DNA of 64,000 bases from Longimicrobiales bacterium. GTDB lineage: Bacteria > Gemmatimonadota > Gemmatimonadetes > Longimicrobiales > Gaopeijiaceae. This document shows positions 21,353-30,223 of this stretch, piece by piece; the first letter of the stretch is position 1, and each line of letters starts with the position of its first letter. The stretch is taken from NCBI GenBank assembly GCA_041690395.1, contig JAWLHJ010000002.1, positions 388,707 to 452,706 of the forward strand, in the 5' to 3' direction. The notes below the pieces were generated by a model. The model searched no databases and had not been told where the DNA came from. It saw only the letters and a program-made list of their open reading frames with translations. Made by a program: the position numbers and the translations under genes.

Positions 21353-22983
21353 GCCGTCTCGACTCCGGGGCCGCGCTCCTCGAAGAGCTCCTGCACCGCG
21401 GGCTTCGTGACCTTGCCCATGGCGTTGCGGGGGAGCTCCGGAAGCGTCATGAAGAGCGACGGCACCTTGTACGGGGCCAGGCGCTCCTTCATCCATGCCC
21501 GGAGCTCCGTCCCGTCGAAGGAGCGGTCCGTCCCGGCCGTCGGGACCAGGGCCGCGGCGACCCGCTCGCCCCACTCCTCGTCGGGCACGGCGACGACGGC
21601 GCAGTCGGCCACACCGGGGTAGGTGCGGAGCACTTCCTCCACCTCGAGCGCCGACACCTTGAAGCCGCCGGTCTTGATGATGTCGACGCTGCTCCGTCCG
21701 AGGATCCGGTAGGCACCGTCCTCCAGGACCGCCATGTCTCCGGTGGAGAACCACCCGTCGTGGAACGACGCTTCGGTTTCTTCCGGTCGACGCCAGTACT
21801 CGCGGAACACCGTGGGACCCCTGACCTGGATCTCGCCCGGCTCTCCCTCGTCGTCCACGGGGCGTCCGTCCTCGCCGACGAGGCGAATCTCGACGCCCGG
21901 AAGCGGCCGGCCCACGAAGCCCGGTCGGCGCTCACCCTCGAGCGGGTTGGAGAGCGCCATGCCGATCTCGGTCATGCCGTACCGCTCGAGGAGGGTGTGG
22001 CCGCTCACCTCCCGCCATCGCTCGAGCATGCTCACGGGGAGGGCGGCCGAGCCCGACACCATGAGGCGCAGCCGCCGGCACCCGTCGCTCCACGCCTCAC
22101 GACGCTCGGGCGGCGCGGCTTCCCACGCCGCGAGCAGCTTGGCGTATATGGTGGGCACCGCCATGTAGAGGGTGAGGTCGTCGCGGGCGAGCTCGTTCCA
22201 GACCGCCGACTCCTGGAACGTGGGAAGGATGGTGCAACGGGCGCCGGACCAGAGGGCGGCGGTGAGCACGTTGACGATCCCGTGCACGTGGTGGAGCGGA
22301 AGCGTCAGCAGGATGTGGTCCTCGGCGCTCCACGCCCACGCCTCCACGAGGGAGCGCACCTGGGCCTCGATGTTGGCGTGGGTCGTGACCACGCCCTTCG
22401 GCCGGCCGGTGGTGCCGCTCGTGTAGAGCATCATGGCCCGGCGGGCGGGGGCGATGGCGGGTAAGGCACGGAGGGAGCCCTCCTCCGGGCCCGCGCCGAA
22501 CCGCCCACCTGCCCCACCCCCGACCAACGCGGCGCTCGACAGGACGGGCAGCCCCCGCGCCTCTCCGAGCCGCTCCATCAGCGACGGATGCGCGACGACG
22601 GCGACGGGGTCGGCGTCCTCCAGGACGTACTTCAGCTCCCGGGGCGGGTGCGAGACGGCCATGGGAACCGCGATCCCTCCTGCCCGCCAGATCCCCCACT
22701 GCACCGCGGCGTACTGGAAGTCCGGCGGAACGAGGAACGCCACCCGGTCCTCTTCCAGATCGTCCCGCTCCCCGAGCAGCGCCCGGGCCACCGCCTCCGA
22801 CGCGCTCAGCAGATCGTCGTAGGTGAACGAGCCCTCCGTGGCGCGGATGGCCGTGCGGTCTCCGTGGGCGCGGGCACGGCGCACGAGCGGAAGCTCGCCC
22901 GGTGGGGCGCCCCCTGCCGAGACGTCCCCCTCGGGCGCCGTATCCGCGGCACCTCCGTCTTCCGTCATGCCGTCCGGAATCAC
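21349..22983 (-). CDS. Acyl-CoA synthetase, malonyl-CoA synthetase (MatB/ACSF3)-like
   Basis: YTSGTTGRPKG, LPLHHVHG, LLERYGMTE, LPRNAMGKV; start GTG 22983 or ATG 22968. Confidence 0.88.
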   Translation of the reverse strand: MIPDGMTEDGGAADTAPEGDVSAGGAPPGELPLVRRARAHGDRTAIRATEGSFTYDDLLSASEAVARALLGERDDLEEDRVAFLVPPDFQYAAVQWGIWRAGGIAVPMAVSHPPRELKYVLEDADPVAVVAHPSLMERLGEARGLPVLSSAALVGGGAGGRFGAGPEEGSLRALPAIAPARRAMMLYTSGTTGRPKGVVTTHANIEAQVRSLVEAWAWSAEDHILLTLPLHHVHGIVNVLTAALWSGARCTILPTFQESAVWNELARDDLTLYMAVPTIYAKLLAAWEAAPPERREAWSDGCRRLRLMVSGSAALPVSMLERWREVSGHTLLERYGMTEIGMALSNPLEGERRPGFVGRPLPGVEIRLVGEDGRPVDDEGEPGEIQVRGPTVFREYWRRPEETEASFHDGWFSTGDMAVLEDGAYRILGRSSVDIIKTGGFKVSALEVEEVLRTYPGVADCAVVAVPDEEWGERVAAALVPTAGTDRSFDGTELRAWMKERLAPYKVPSLFMTLPELPRNAMGKVTKPAVQELFEERGPGVETA

Positions 22984-24494
22984 TCGACGGCCGGCACGGC
23001 CTGCAGGAGCAACTCGAACGCTTCGCGGAGCGCCTGACCGCCGGGTCCCGCGCCGGTGTACTTGCCGATCCGCACCACGACGAGGTCGTGCGTCGGGATG
23101 ATGGTCGTGCTCTGGCCGCCGGCGCCCCGCATGCTGTACGCGGTGGTGGGGAGTCCCTGCCCCCCTTCCCCGTTCACCCAGAAGAACGCGCCGCCGTACT
23201 GCAGCCGGCCATCGGCCTCCCAGGCGGGCGCGACGGTGGAGGCGTAGTCGACGTATCCCTCGGGAAGGATGCGCTCGCCGTTCCAGACGCCGTCCTGCAG
23301 GTACAGGTTGGCGAGCCGTGCCCAATCACGAGCCGGCATGAACGCGAGTCCCTGCCCGAGGAAGTTCCCGTACGGGTCGGTCTCGATGACGGCGTCGCGA
23401 ATGCCGATGCGGTCGAAGAGGGCGCGCTGCGGGAACGAGTGATAGTCCTCGCCACGCGCCTCGACGGCGAGGCGCACCAGGTAGCTCCCGAGGACGGGGT
23501 CGGTGTTGCGGTACCGGCCGACCGTGTTCGGCGGCCACTGCTGCGGGCGGGTCGCGGCATACTCGAATGAGTTCGTGGTGCCCGTGTACAGGTAGTAGTG
23601 GTCGGCGTACATGCTGTCGTCGTAGTCCGGATCGGCCGGAGCGTTGATCCGGAGGCCACTCGACATCCTCATGATGTCGCCGATGCGGATCTCCTGCCGG
23701 GAATCCCCGGGCGCCTGCCACTCGGGGAACGGCGCGGGCTGCCACAGCTCGTAGGCACCCTGCTCGATGAGGACGCCGACCAGCGTGCCGGTCAGGCTCT
23801 TGGTCATCGACCAGCTCTCGAGAGGCGTGTGCATGTCGACGTCGTCGCCGTAGCGCTCGCCCAGGATGCGGCCCTTGTAGGTGACGACCAATCCGAGGGT
23901 CTGTGCCTCGGCCGGACCGAAGCCCACGTCGAGCGCACGCTCGACCAGCTCCATGTCGACCTCGGCGGGAAACGGCTCGTCCGGCAGCACGTCGCCCATG
24001 GGCCAGGGCGTGGTCTCCGCGGGCGGCAGGTTACGCGCCACCTCGCTCGGGGCGAAGTAGACCGAGTCCTCCCCGATCGGGTGCGCCACGCATCCCTGGT
24101 TCGCGTAGCGCTTGGCGGTGCGCGTCACGCCGTCGGGGAGCGTGAGCGCGACCATCTGCCGATCGAAGTCGACGATGGTGTCGACCACGTGCCCGCGCTG
24201 GTCGAACGGCGAGATGAAGCCCCCCACGTTCTCGGCCGCGTCGTCCGGGTCGAGCCCCGTGATGAACACCGCGGAGCACAGGATCTTGGCGAAGCCGGCC
24301 GTCTGGTGGTGGAGCGCCTCTCCGGGGGGCGGCACGTACTCGGTGTCGAGCTCGAGGGCGGCGGCCCGTGCGATGAGCTGCTCGTCGGACCCGTCGCTGG
24401 TGGGGATCTCGGGCGCGTCGGGTGCGCCGGGTCCGCAGGCGACCAGCCCCGCGAGCCCGAGGAACAGGAGCGAAGAGCGCGAAAGCGGAGCCAT
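22980..24494 (-). CDS. Serine hydrolase, beta-lactamase class C/NylB-like lipoprotein
   Basis: Lipobox LVAC; SMTK (SxxK), YRN, LYLQDGVWNGERILPEG. Confidence 0.88.
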   Translation of the reverse strand: MAPLSRSSLLFLGLAGLVACGPGAPDAPEIPTSDGSDEQLIARAAALELDTEYVPPPGEALHHQTAGFAKILCSAVFITGLDPDDAAENVGGFISPFDQRGHVVDTIVDFDRQMVALTLPDGVTRTAKRYANQGCVAHPIGEDSVYFAPSEVARNLPPAETTPWPMGDVLPDEPFPAEVDMELVERALDVGFGPAEAQTLGLVVTYKGRILGERYGDDVDMHTPLESWSMTKSLTGTLVGVLIEQGAYELWQPAPFPEWQAPGDSRQEIRIGDIMRMSSGLRINAPADPDYDDSMYADHYYLYTGTTNSFEYAATRPQQWPPNTVGRYRNTDPVLGSYLVRLAVEARGEDYHSFPQRALFDRIGIRDAVIETDPYGNFLGQGLAFMPARDWARLANLYLQDGVWNGERILPEGYVDYASTVAPAWEADGRLQYGGAFFWVNGEGGQGLPTTAYSMRGAGGQSTTIIPTHDLVVVRIGKYTGAGPGGQALREAFELLLQAVPAVE

Positions 24495-24678
24495 ATTACC
24501 ATCCCGGTCGGTGGTCGAACGCACCTCCAAAGGGCGACGGCAGCGAACGTAGGTCACGGTTTCCGGAGCGGCAAGGAATCGCGCCGGGCGCACGCCCATG
24601 GCTTGTCCGCGGGGCGGCCGGGGCCGAGTATCGGGTTGAATCCACGCACGCCTCCCACCCTTTCGACGGGACTGCACC

Positions 24679-24828
24679 ATGCTCAAGTGGATCCGGGACG
24701 CCCGCATCGACTTCAAGACCGGCGTCATCCTGATCGTGATCACCCTGGCCGTGTGGGCCGCCGTGGTCTATCTGAACATGAACGACGTCGTGGAGGAGTT
24801 CAGCCGGCCTCCGTCGGGAACACCGTAG
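24679..24828 (+). CDS. Small single-TM protein (49 aa)
   Basis: Hand-translated MLKWIRDARIDFKTGVILIVITLAVWAAVVYLNMNDVVEEFSRPPSGTP*; G/C-rich third positions; ends 12 nt before the next gene. Confidence 0.65.
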   Translation: MLKWIRDARIDFKTGVILIVITLAVWAAVVYLNMNDVVEEFSRPPSGTP

Positions 24829-24840
24829 ACCGGGGGCTGC

Positions 24841-25539
24841 ATGACGCCTCGAACCTTCTACCCGCGGGCCTGGCTCTACCTCTCGCTCGCGCTCGTCGTG
24901 GTCGTGGCCGGCTTCTTCCCGAGCTATTTCGGCCGGCTGGCCGCCATGGACCGCGCGTATCACCTGCACGGGGTCACGGCGACGCTCTGGATGTTGCTTC
25001 TGGTCGCGCAGCCCCTGCTCCACCGCCTCGGACGCTGGGATCTGCACCGCAGGCTCGGGAAACTCGGCTTCCTGCTCGTCCCGGCCGTGGTTCTCGGCGG
25101 CCTCGTGATGGTCCACCGGATGCTCACGTCGCCGGACCGCTACCCTCCTGACATGGCGTACCAGCTCGCGTTCATCGACTTCTACGTGCTGGCGCAGTTC
25201 GTCCTGTTCTTCGTGCTGGCCATGAAGAACCGCCGCGACATGCAGCTCCACGCGCGCTACATGGTCGGCACCGTGTTCGGGGTCCTGGTTCCCGCGCTGA
25301 CCCGCGCGTTCATCGTCTTCGCCGGGGTTGCCACGTTCGGACTGTCGCTCCACCTGAGCTACGTGGCCGTGTACGCGGTGATTCTGGCTCTGCTGGTGCA
25401 CGACGTCCGCTCGGGCGGTGTTCGCCTACCCTATGCGCTGGCCTTGGGGCTGATGATCGTCCAACATGCGGGGATGAGCTTGGCGCCGACATGGTCGTCG
25501 TGGCGGAGCCTCATGGACGCGTTCGCCGGCCTGGGGTGA
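24841..25539 (+). CDS. Hypothetical multi-pass membrane protein
   Basis: About 7 hydrophobic segments with His residues (HLHG, LHRRLG, LHARYM). Confidence 0.8.
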   Translation: MTPRTFYPRAWLYLSLALVVVVAGFFPSYFGRLAAMDRAYHLHGVTATLWMLLLVAQPLLHRLGRWDLHRRLGKLGFLLVPAVVLGGLVMVHRMLTSPDRYPPDMAYQLAFIDFYVLAQFVLFFVLAMKNRRDMQLHARYMVGTVFGVLVPALTRAFIVFAGVATFGLSLHLSYVAVYAVILALLVHDVRSGGVRLPYALALGLMIVQHAGMSLAPTWSSWRSLMDAFAGLG

Positions 25540-25557
25540 GGCGCGGCCACCCACTCC

Positions 25558-26016
25558 CTAACGAACCGGCTGGATCGCTCCGACCGCCACGTGATCGCGC
25601 AGCCAGGTGGTGACGATCTCCCCCACGGTGCGCCCCAGGTCGTCGAGGCCCTCGGGCTTCTCGAAGAACGCGTCGGCGCCGAGGCCGAGAGAGCGGTCCC
25701 GCGCGCCCGGATCGTTGGAGGCCGTGAGCACCACGACCGGGAACGGGTCGCGCCATAGCCGCCCCGTCACGTGCTCGAGCACTCCGTAGCCGTCGATGTT
25801 CGGCATGATCAGGTCGAGGATGACCAGATCGGGGAACGGGTGTGAGCGGCGGTCCTGGAAAGGCGGTGTCCCCTCGAGATACGCGATCCCCTCTCGGCCG
25901 TCGCCCGCCACGCGGACGTCGAGGCCGGGAAACGCGCGTCGGGCCGCGACACGAATGAGCGCGGCGTGGTCACTCGCGTCTTCGACCACCAGTAGCGTCG
26001 GCTCGGGTGCGAGCAA
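25558..26016 (-). CDS. Single-domain response regulator (CheY-like)
   Basis: LLVVED...PDLVILDLIMPNIDG...VLTAS...FFEKP; probable TTG start at 26016. Confidence 0.85.
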   Translation of the reverse strand: MLAPEPTLLVVEDASDHAALIRVAARRAFPGLDVRVAGDGREGIAYLEGTPPFQDRRSHPFPDLVILDLIMPNIDGYGVLEHVTGRLWRDPFPVVVLTASNDPGARDRSLGLGADAFFEKPEGLDDLGRTVGEIVTTWLRDHVAVGAIQPVR

Positions 26017-26210
26017 GTTGGAGAACCTCAATGGAAGCGGAGGAGGGTGGGCGCGTATCGCGGGGACGAGTGATAAGATGGCGAACGGAACCAAATGTTT
26101 CCAGCGGATTCTTTCTCGACGGCGTATCGAAAGGGTATCCGGGGATGGCCCAGGCCCCTCCCGCGCCCCATAATGGAGGCATCCCTTCCACTTCATGGAG
26201 AATCCCACAG

Positions 26211-26813
26211 ATGCGAAAAGCGATCTCCCTCGGGATGCTCGTCGCGGCGCTCGCGCTCGGCGCACCCGGCCAGATCGACGCCCAGGCGGCCTCTGACGGC
26301 CTGCTCGAGGTCGGCGCCATGGCGCCCGACTTCGCGCTCCCGGGCGCCACGCGCTACGGCCTGCTCGAGGAGCCGGTCCGGCTGAGCGACTACGAGGGCA
26401 AGACCGTCGTGCTGGCCTTCTTCTTCCGCGTCCGAACGCGTGGCTGAACAGTCCAACTGACAGCGTACCGTGATCAGTACGCAAGCCTCTTCAAGAACGG
26501 ACAGAACGTGGTCGTCATGGGAATCAGCAACGATTCCCCCGAGGAGCTCCGCTCCTGGGCCTACGACGCGGACTTCCCGTTCCTCTTCGCCAGCGACGCG
26601 GCCAACGAGGGCCGTACCTACGCCGCCTTCGGCGGTGGGCTGAGAGACAACAACATGGTCGACAGCCGCGCGGTGATCGTGGTTGGGCCGGACGGGCGCA
26701 TCGCGGGCGTGATCCCGCAGTTCAACCAGGTCGACCCGGGAGCATACGACGAGCTCGCCGCCATCATCGACCGGGTGACGCCCGAGCCCGAGGAGCCCGG
26801 CCTGGCGCGCTAG
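26211..26813 (+). CDS. Exported peroxiredoxin-like (AhpC/TSA redoxin) selenoprotein 1; TGA 26445-26447 read as Sec79
   Basis: Track ORFs 26007..26447 and 26508..26813 are in one frame. Joined: signal peptide, VGAMAPDFAL...VVLAFFFRVRTRG-U-TVQLTAYRDQY...VMGISND...DFPFLFASD...SRAVIVVGPDGRI. GGAGA RBS before ATG 26211. Confidence 0.88.
26463..26482 (+). promoter_or_regulatory. Putative bacterial SECIS hairpin 1
   Basis: GCGTAC-CGTGATCA-GTACGC starting at +16 after the in-frame TGA; identical copy in the paralog. Confidence 0.75.
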
Positions 26814-26858
26814 CGCGCCACCGGGATGACGGGCGAACCGCCCGGGCGTCCGTGCACG

Positions 26859-26892
26859 AGGGTCGGTCCGGCATGTGCCGGGCCGGCCCTTT
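26859..26892 (+). terminator. Intrinsic terminator after selenoprotein 1
   Basis: AGGGTCGGTCCGGCA-TG-TGCCGGGCCGGCCCT stem followed by a short T run. Confidence 0.55.
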
Positions 26893-26999
26893 CCCATGAG
26901 AGCTCGTGTGCGCCACGGAGGTCCCACCCCGACCAGGGCCACGGTCGCGGCCTTCCACCCTGAAACCGTCTCCCGCTTCCAACCGTAGTCTTCTCCATA

Positions 27000-27020
27000 T
27001 TGTCTCATCTACTTAGACAA
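27000..27020. promoter_or_regulatory. Putative PadR operator
   Basis: TTGTCT-N9-AGACAA inverted repeat 15 nt before the padR-4 ATG. Confidence 0.55.
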
Positions 27021-27035
27021 CATTGGAGAAACCCC

Positions 27036-27401
27036 ATGCCGCCAGGTGATCGCAACATCCTGCCCGGGACGCTCGAGCTGCTGGTGCTCCGTGCCCTTCG
27101 GGACGGGCCGGCCCACGGGTTCGCCGTGTCCAAGGATATCCGCCGGCGCTCGGACGGGGTCGTCGACCTGGCCGACGGCGCGATCTACCAGGCGCTTCAC
27201 AGGCTGGAGAACGACGGCTTGGTGGCGAGCCATTGGGGCCATTCCGAGAAGGGGAAGCGCGCCAAGTTCTACGACCTGACGGACGACGGGCTCGCGCGCC
27301 TCGGGGCGGAGGCCCGGGCCTGGCACCGCTTCGTGGACGCCGTGGCCGGGATCCTGGGTCCCGAGTACGCCCCCGGCGGCCGGGGCACCGGCGCCCGATG
27401 A
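27036..27401 (+). CDS. PadR family regulator, acidobacterial type
   Basis: ILPGTLELLVLRAL...HGFAV...GAIYQALHRLE...WGHSEKGKRAKFYDLT; GGAGA RBS. Confidence 0.92.
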   Translation: MPPGDRNILPGTLELLVLRALRDGPAHGFAVSKDIRRRSDGVVDLADGAIYQALHRLENDGLVASHWGHSEKGKRAKFYDLTDDGLARLGAEARAWHRFVDAVAGILGPEYAPGGRGTGAR

Positions 27402-30082
27402 GCGCGCGAGGGCCCCTGCACCGCCGCGCTCTGCGTCTCGGCGGGCGAGGGCGTCGCGGTGCCGAGAACGAGGTGAACGAGGAGCTGGTCTTCCACTTCG
27501 AGGCGCTGGTGGAGGAGCTCGAGGCGGACGGGATGACGCCCGGCGAGGCGAGGGACGAGGCGCTCCGGCGCTTCGGGGACGTGGAGGGGACGCGCCGGGC
27601 GCTCGCCCGGCTGACGATGCGACGACGGGAACGGGAGGGGAGGACGATGAGCTTGGACGGCTGGATGCAGGACGTTCGCTACGCGGTGCGGGCACTTCGC
27701 AAGAGCCCGGGATACGCGCTGATCGTGGTGCTGACGCTGGGACTCGGGATCGGTGCCAACGCGGCGGTCTTCTCGGTCATGAACCCCTACTTCTTCCGGC
27801 CCCTGCCCTACGTGGAGGCGGACCAGCTGGTCCAGGTCGGGCATGTCGACCGGTCGAGCGGCTTCACCTGGGCGCGCTTCAGCTTGCCGCAGATCGAGGA
27901 CTACCGCGCCCGCGCCCGCACCGTCGACGCGATGGCCGCCTACTACTACGGCAGCTTCAACCTGACCGGTCCAGAGGGCCCGGAGCGGGTCACGGCGAGC
28001 ATCGTCTCGGAGAACCTGTTCGATGTGCTGGGCACCGCCCCGCTGCTGGGGCGGACGTTCGCCGCGGGCGAGGGCGGACCGGCGGGCGCCGACGTGGTCG
28101 TGCTCGACCACGGGCTCTGGCAGCGTCGGTGGGGAGGCGACCCGGCGGTCGTCGGGAGGGCGATCGATCTGGACGGGCGGCCTCATGAGGTCATCGGCGT
28201 GATGCCTCCCGACTTCGTCTTCCCGTTCGGGAGCGTCCGCCTCTGGGTCCCCGACCGGCGAGCGGCCGCGACGGCTCCGCGGGAGGTGCAGGGCAATCTC
28301 ATCATCGCGCGTAGAGCCGAGGGTGTGAGTCCCGAGCGACTCCAGGACGATCTCGCCCGGGTTCACGCCGAGCTCGCCGCGGAGTACCCCGACGTCGACG
28401 GGAACTGGGACGGCGTCCATACCGCGGGGCTCCGCGAGGCGCTGAACTTCGGATGGGACATCCTCCGGGCGGGGCTCTTCGGATTCCTGGCCGCGGTCGG
28501 CGCGGTGTTGCTGATAGCCTGCGTGAACGTCACGAGCCTCACGCTGAGCCGCGGACAGTCACGGCTGCGCGAGCTCGCCGTGCGGAACGCGCTCGGAGCG
28601 GGACGTGGGCGGCTCGTGCGCCAGCTCGTTCTCGAAAGTGCCGTGCTGGCCGTCGCGGGCGGACTCCTCGGCCTCGGCCTCGCGAGCGTCGCCACGAGCG
28701 GTCTCGGCGCGGTTCTCCCGGAGGACTTCTACCGCGTCGGCGATCCGGACCTCGACACCCGCGTGCTCCTGTTCACCATGGCGGTCACCCTCGTGACCCC
28801 CTTCGTGTTCGGGCTCTGGCCGGCCCGGGCGACCACACGGACGGACCTGACGACGTCGCTCCGGGCCGGCGGCTCGGGCGGCGGACAGGCCCGCCGCGTG
28901 CTCCGGGTCCGGCGCGCACTCGTCGTGAGCGAGATCGCCCTCGGCGTGGTGCTCGTCGCCGCGACCGGTCTCTTCCTGCGCAGTGCCGTCGAGCTCGGCC
29001 GGAGCGACCTCGGGCTCGCCACGAACGAGATGCTCACCGCCGAAGCGATCCCGCCGGCCAGCGACTATCCGGAACGGGCCGACCGGGTCGCCTACTGGGA
29101 CCGGGTGACGGAAGACGCGCGGGCCCTGCCGGGTGTCCGGGCGGCGGCCACCGTGTACCCGCTTCCGCTCAACCACGAGACCCCGCGCTACGGCTACGCG
29201 GCGCCGGGGGCCGAGCCTCCACCGGACGCCGACTGGCCGATCGCGTATACCCTATGGAGCTCTCCCGGATACCTGGACGCGGCAGGCATCGACCTCGTCG
29301 CGGGACGCGACTTCCTGCCGGGCGAGGGCGAGGAGGAGGGAGGCGTGCAGCCGGCCCTCGTCAGCGAGCGGGTCGCGTCGGCGCTCTGGCCGGACGGTGG
29401 CGCGGTGGGGCGGACGCTCCTGCTGCAGACCTCCGATCCGGCCGCGGAGGTCCGGGTCGTGGGCGTGATCGAGGACCATCATCACGACGGGATCTCGCGT
29501 ACGAAGGACCCGCTCGTGTATCTGCCGATGGAGCGATCGGCGAACCGGCGTCGCTTCCTCGTCGTCCGGGGAGACGGCGCGCCCACGGCGTTCGTGCCCG
29601 CGCTCCGGACGGCCATGCGTGACGTAGACCCCGACCTGCCGGTCGACTTCCGGCCCATGTCGGCCATCGTCACGGAGAACAGCTTCCAGTGGAGCGTGAG
29701 CTCCGGCGTGCTCGGGGTCTTCGGCCTCGTGGCGCTGCTTCTGGCCGCGCTCGGCATCTACGGCGTCGTGAGCTACACCGTCTCGCAGCGGACGCGCGAG
29801 ATGGCGATCCGGATGTCGCTCGGAGCGGACGGCGGCGTGGTGCGGGCGTCCGTCGTCTGGGAGTCGCTCCGGCTCGCCGCCATCGGTATCGCGATCGGGC
29901 TGGCCGGGGCGCTCGGGGTGGGCCGCGTGGTGGAGGCGTTCCTCTACGGCGTCGCTCCCGCGGACCCGGTCGTTCTGGCCGGGAGCGTCGCGGTGTTCGT
30001 CGCGGTCGCGGCGTTGGCGGCCTTCCTCCCCGCGCGTCGGGCGGCACGGGTCCAGCCGGCCACGGCCCTCAGGGCGGAGTGA
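27398..30082 (+). CDS. ADOP-type duplicated ABC permease (module 4)
   Basis: Prefix EVNEELVFHFE...GMTPGEARDEALRRFG; QDVRYAVRALRKSPG, LLIACVNV, EMAIRMSLGA; ATGA overlap with PadR. Confidence 0.93.
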   Translation: MSARGPLHRRALRLGGRGRRGAENEVNEELVFHFEALVEELEADGMTPGEARDEALRRFGDVEGTRRALARLTMRRREREGRTMSLDGWMQDVRYAVRALRKSPGYALIVVLTLGLGIGANAAVFSVMNPYFFRPLPYVEADQLVQVGHVDRSSGFTWARFSLPQIEDYRARARTVDAMAAYYYGSFNLTGPEGPERVTASIVSENLFDVLGTAPLLGRTFAAGEGGPAGADVVVLDHGLWQRRWGGDPAVVGRAIDLDGRPHEVIGVMPPDFVFPFGSVRLWVPDRRAAATAPREVQGNLIIARRAEGVSPERLQDDLARVHAELAAEYPDVDGNWDGVHTAGLREALNFGWDILRAGLFGFLAAVGAVLLIACVNVTSLTLSRGQSRLRELAVRNALGAGRGRLVRQLVLESAVLAVAGGLLGLGLASVATSGLGAVLPEDFYRVGDPDLDTRVLLFTMAVTLVTPFVFGLWPARATTRTDLTTSLRAGGSGGGQARRVLRVRRALVVSEIALGVVLVAATGLFLRSAVELGRSDLGLATNEMLTAEAIPPASDYPERADRVAYWDRVTEDARALPGVRAAATVYPLPLNHETPRYGYAAPGAEPPPDADWPIAYTLWSSPGYLDAAGIDLVAGRDFLPGEGEEEGGVQPALVSERVASALWPDGGAVGRTLLLQTSDPAAEVRVVGVIEDHHHDGISRTKDPLVYLPMERSANRRRFLVVRGDGAPTAFVPALRTAMRDVDPDLPVDFRPMSAIVTENSFQWSVSSGVLGVFGLVALLLAALGIYGVVSYTVSQRTREMAIRMSLGADGGVVRASVVWESLRLAAIGIAIGLAGALGVGRVVEAFLYGVAPADPVVLAGSVAVFVAVAALAAFLPARRAARVQPATALRAE

Positions 30083-30223
30083 GGCCCGGCCCGCCACGAG
30101 GGCCGAACGCGGGCCTCAGTGCGTGTCACGGGTGGCGGAAGGCGTCCGCCAGCGCCTATCGTGACTGTCGGGCACGGACGGACCGTGCCCGACACGCCCC
30201 ACATCGCGTCATGGAGAGCTTCG

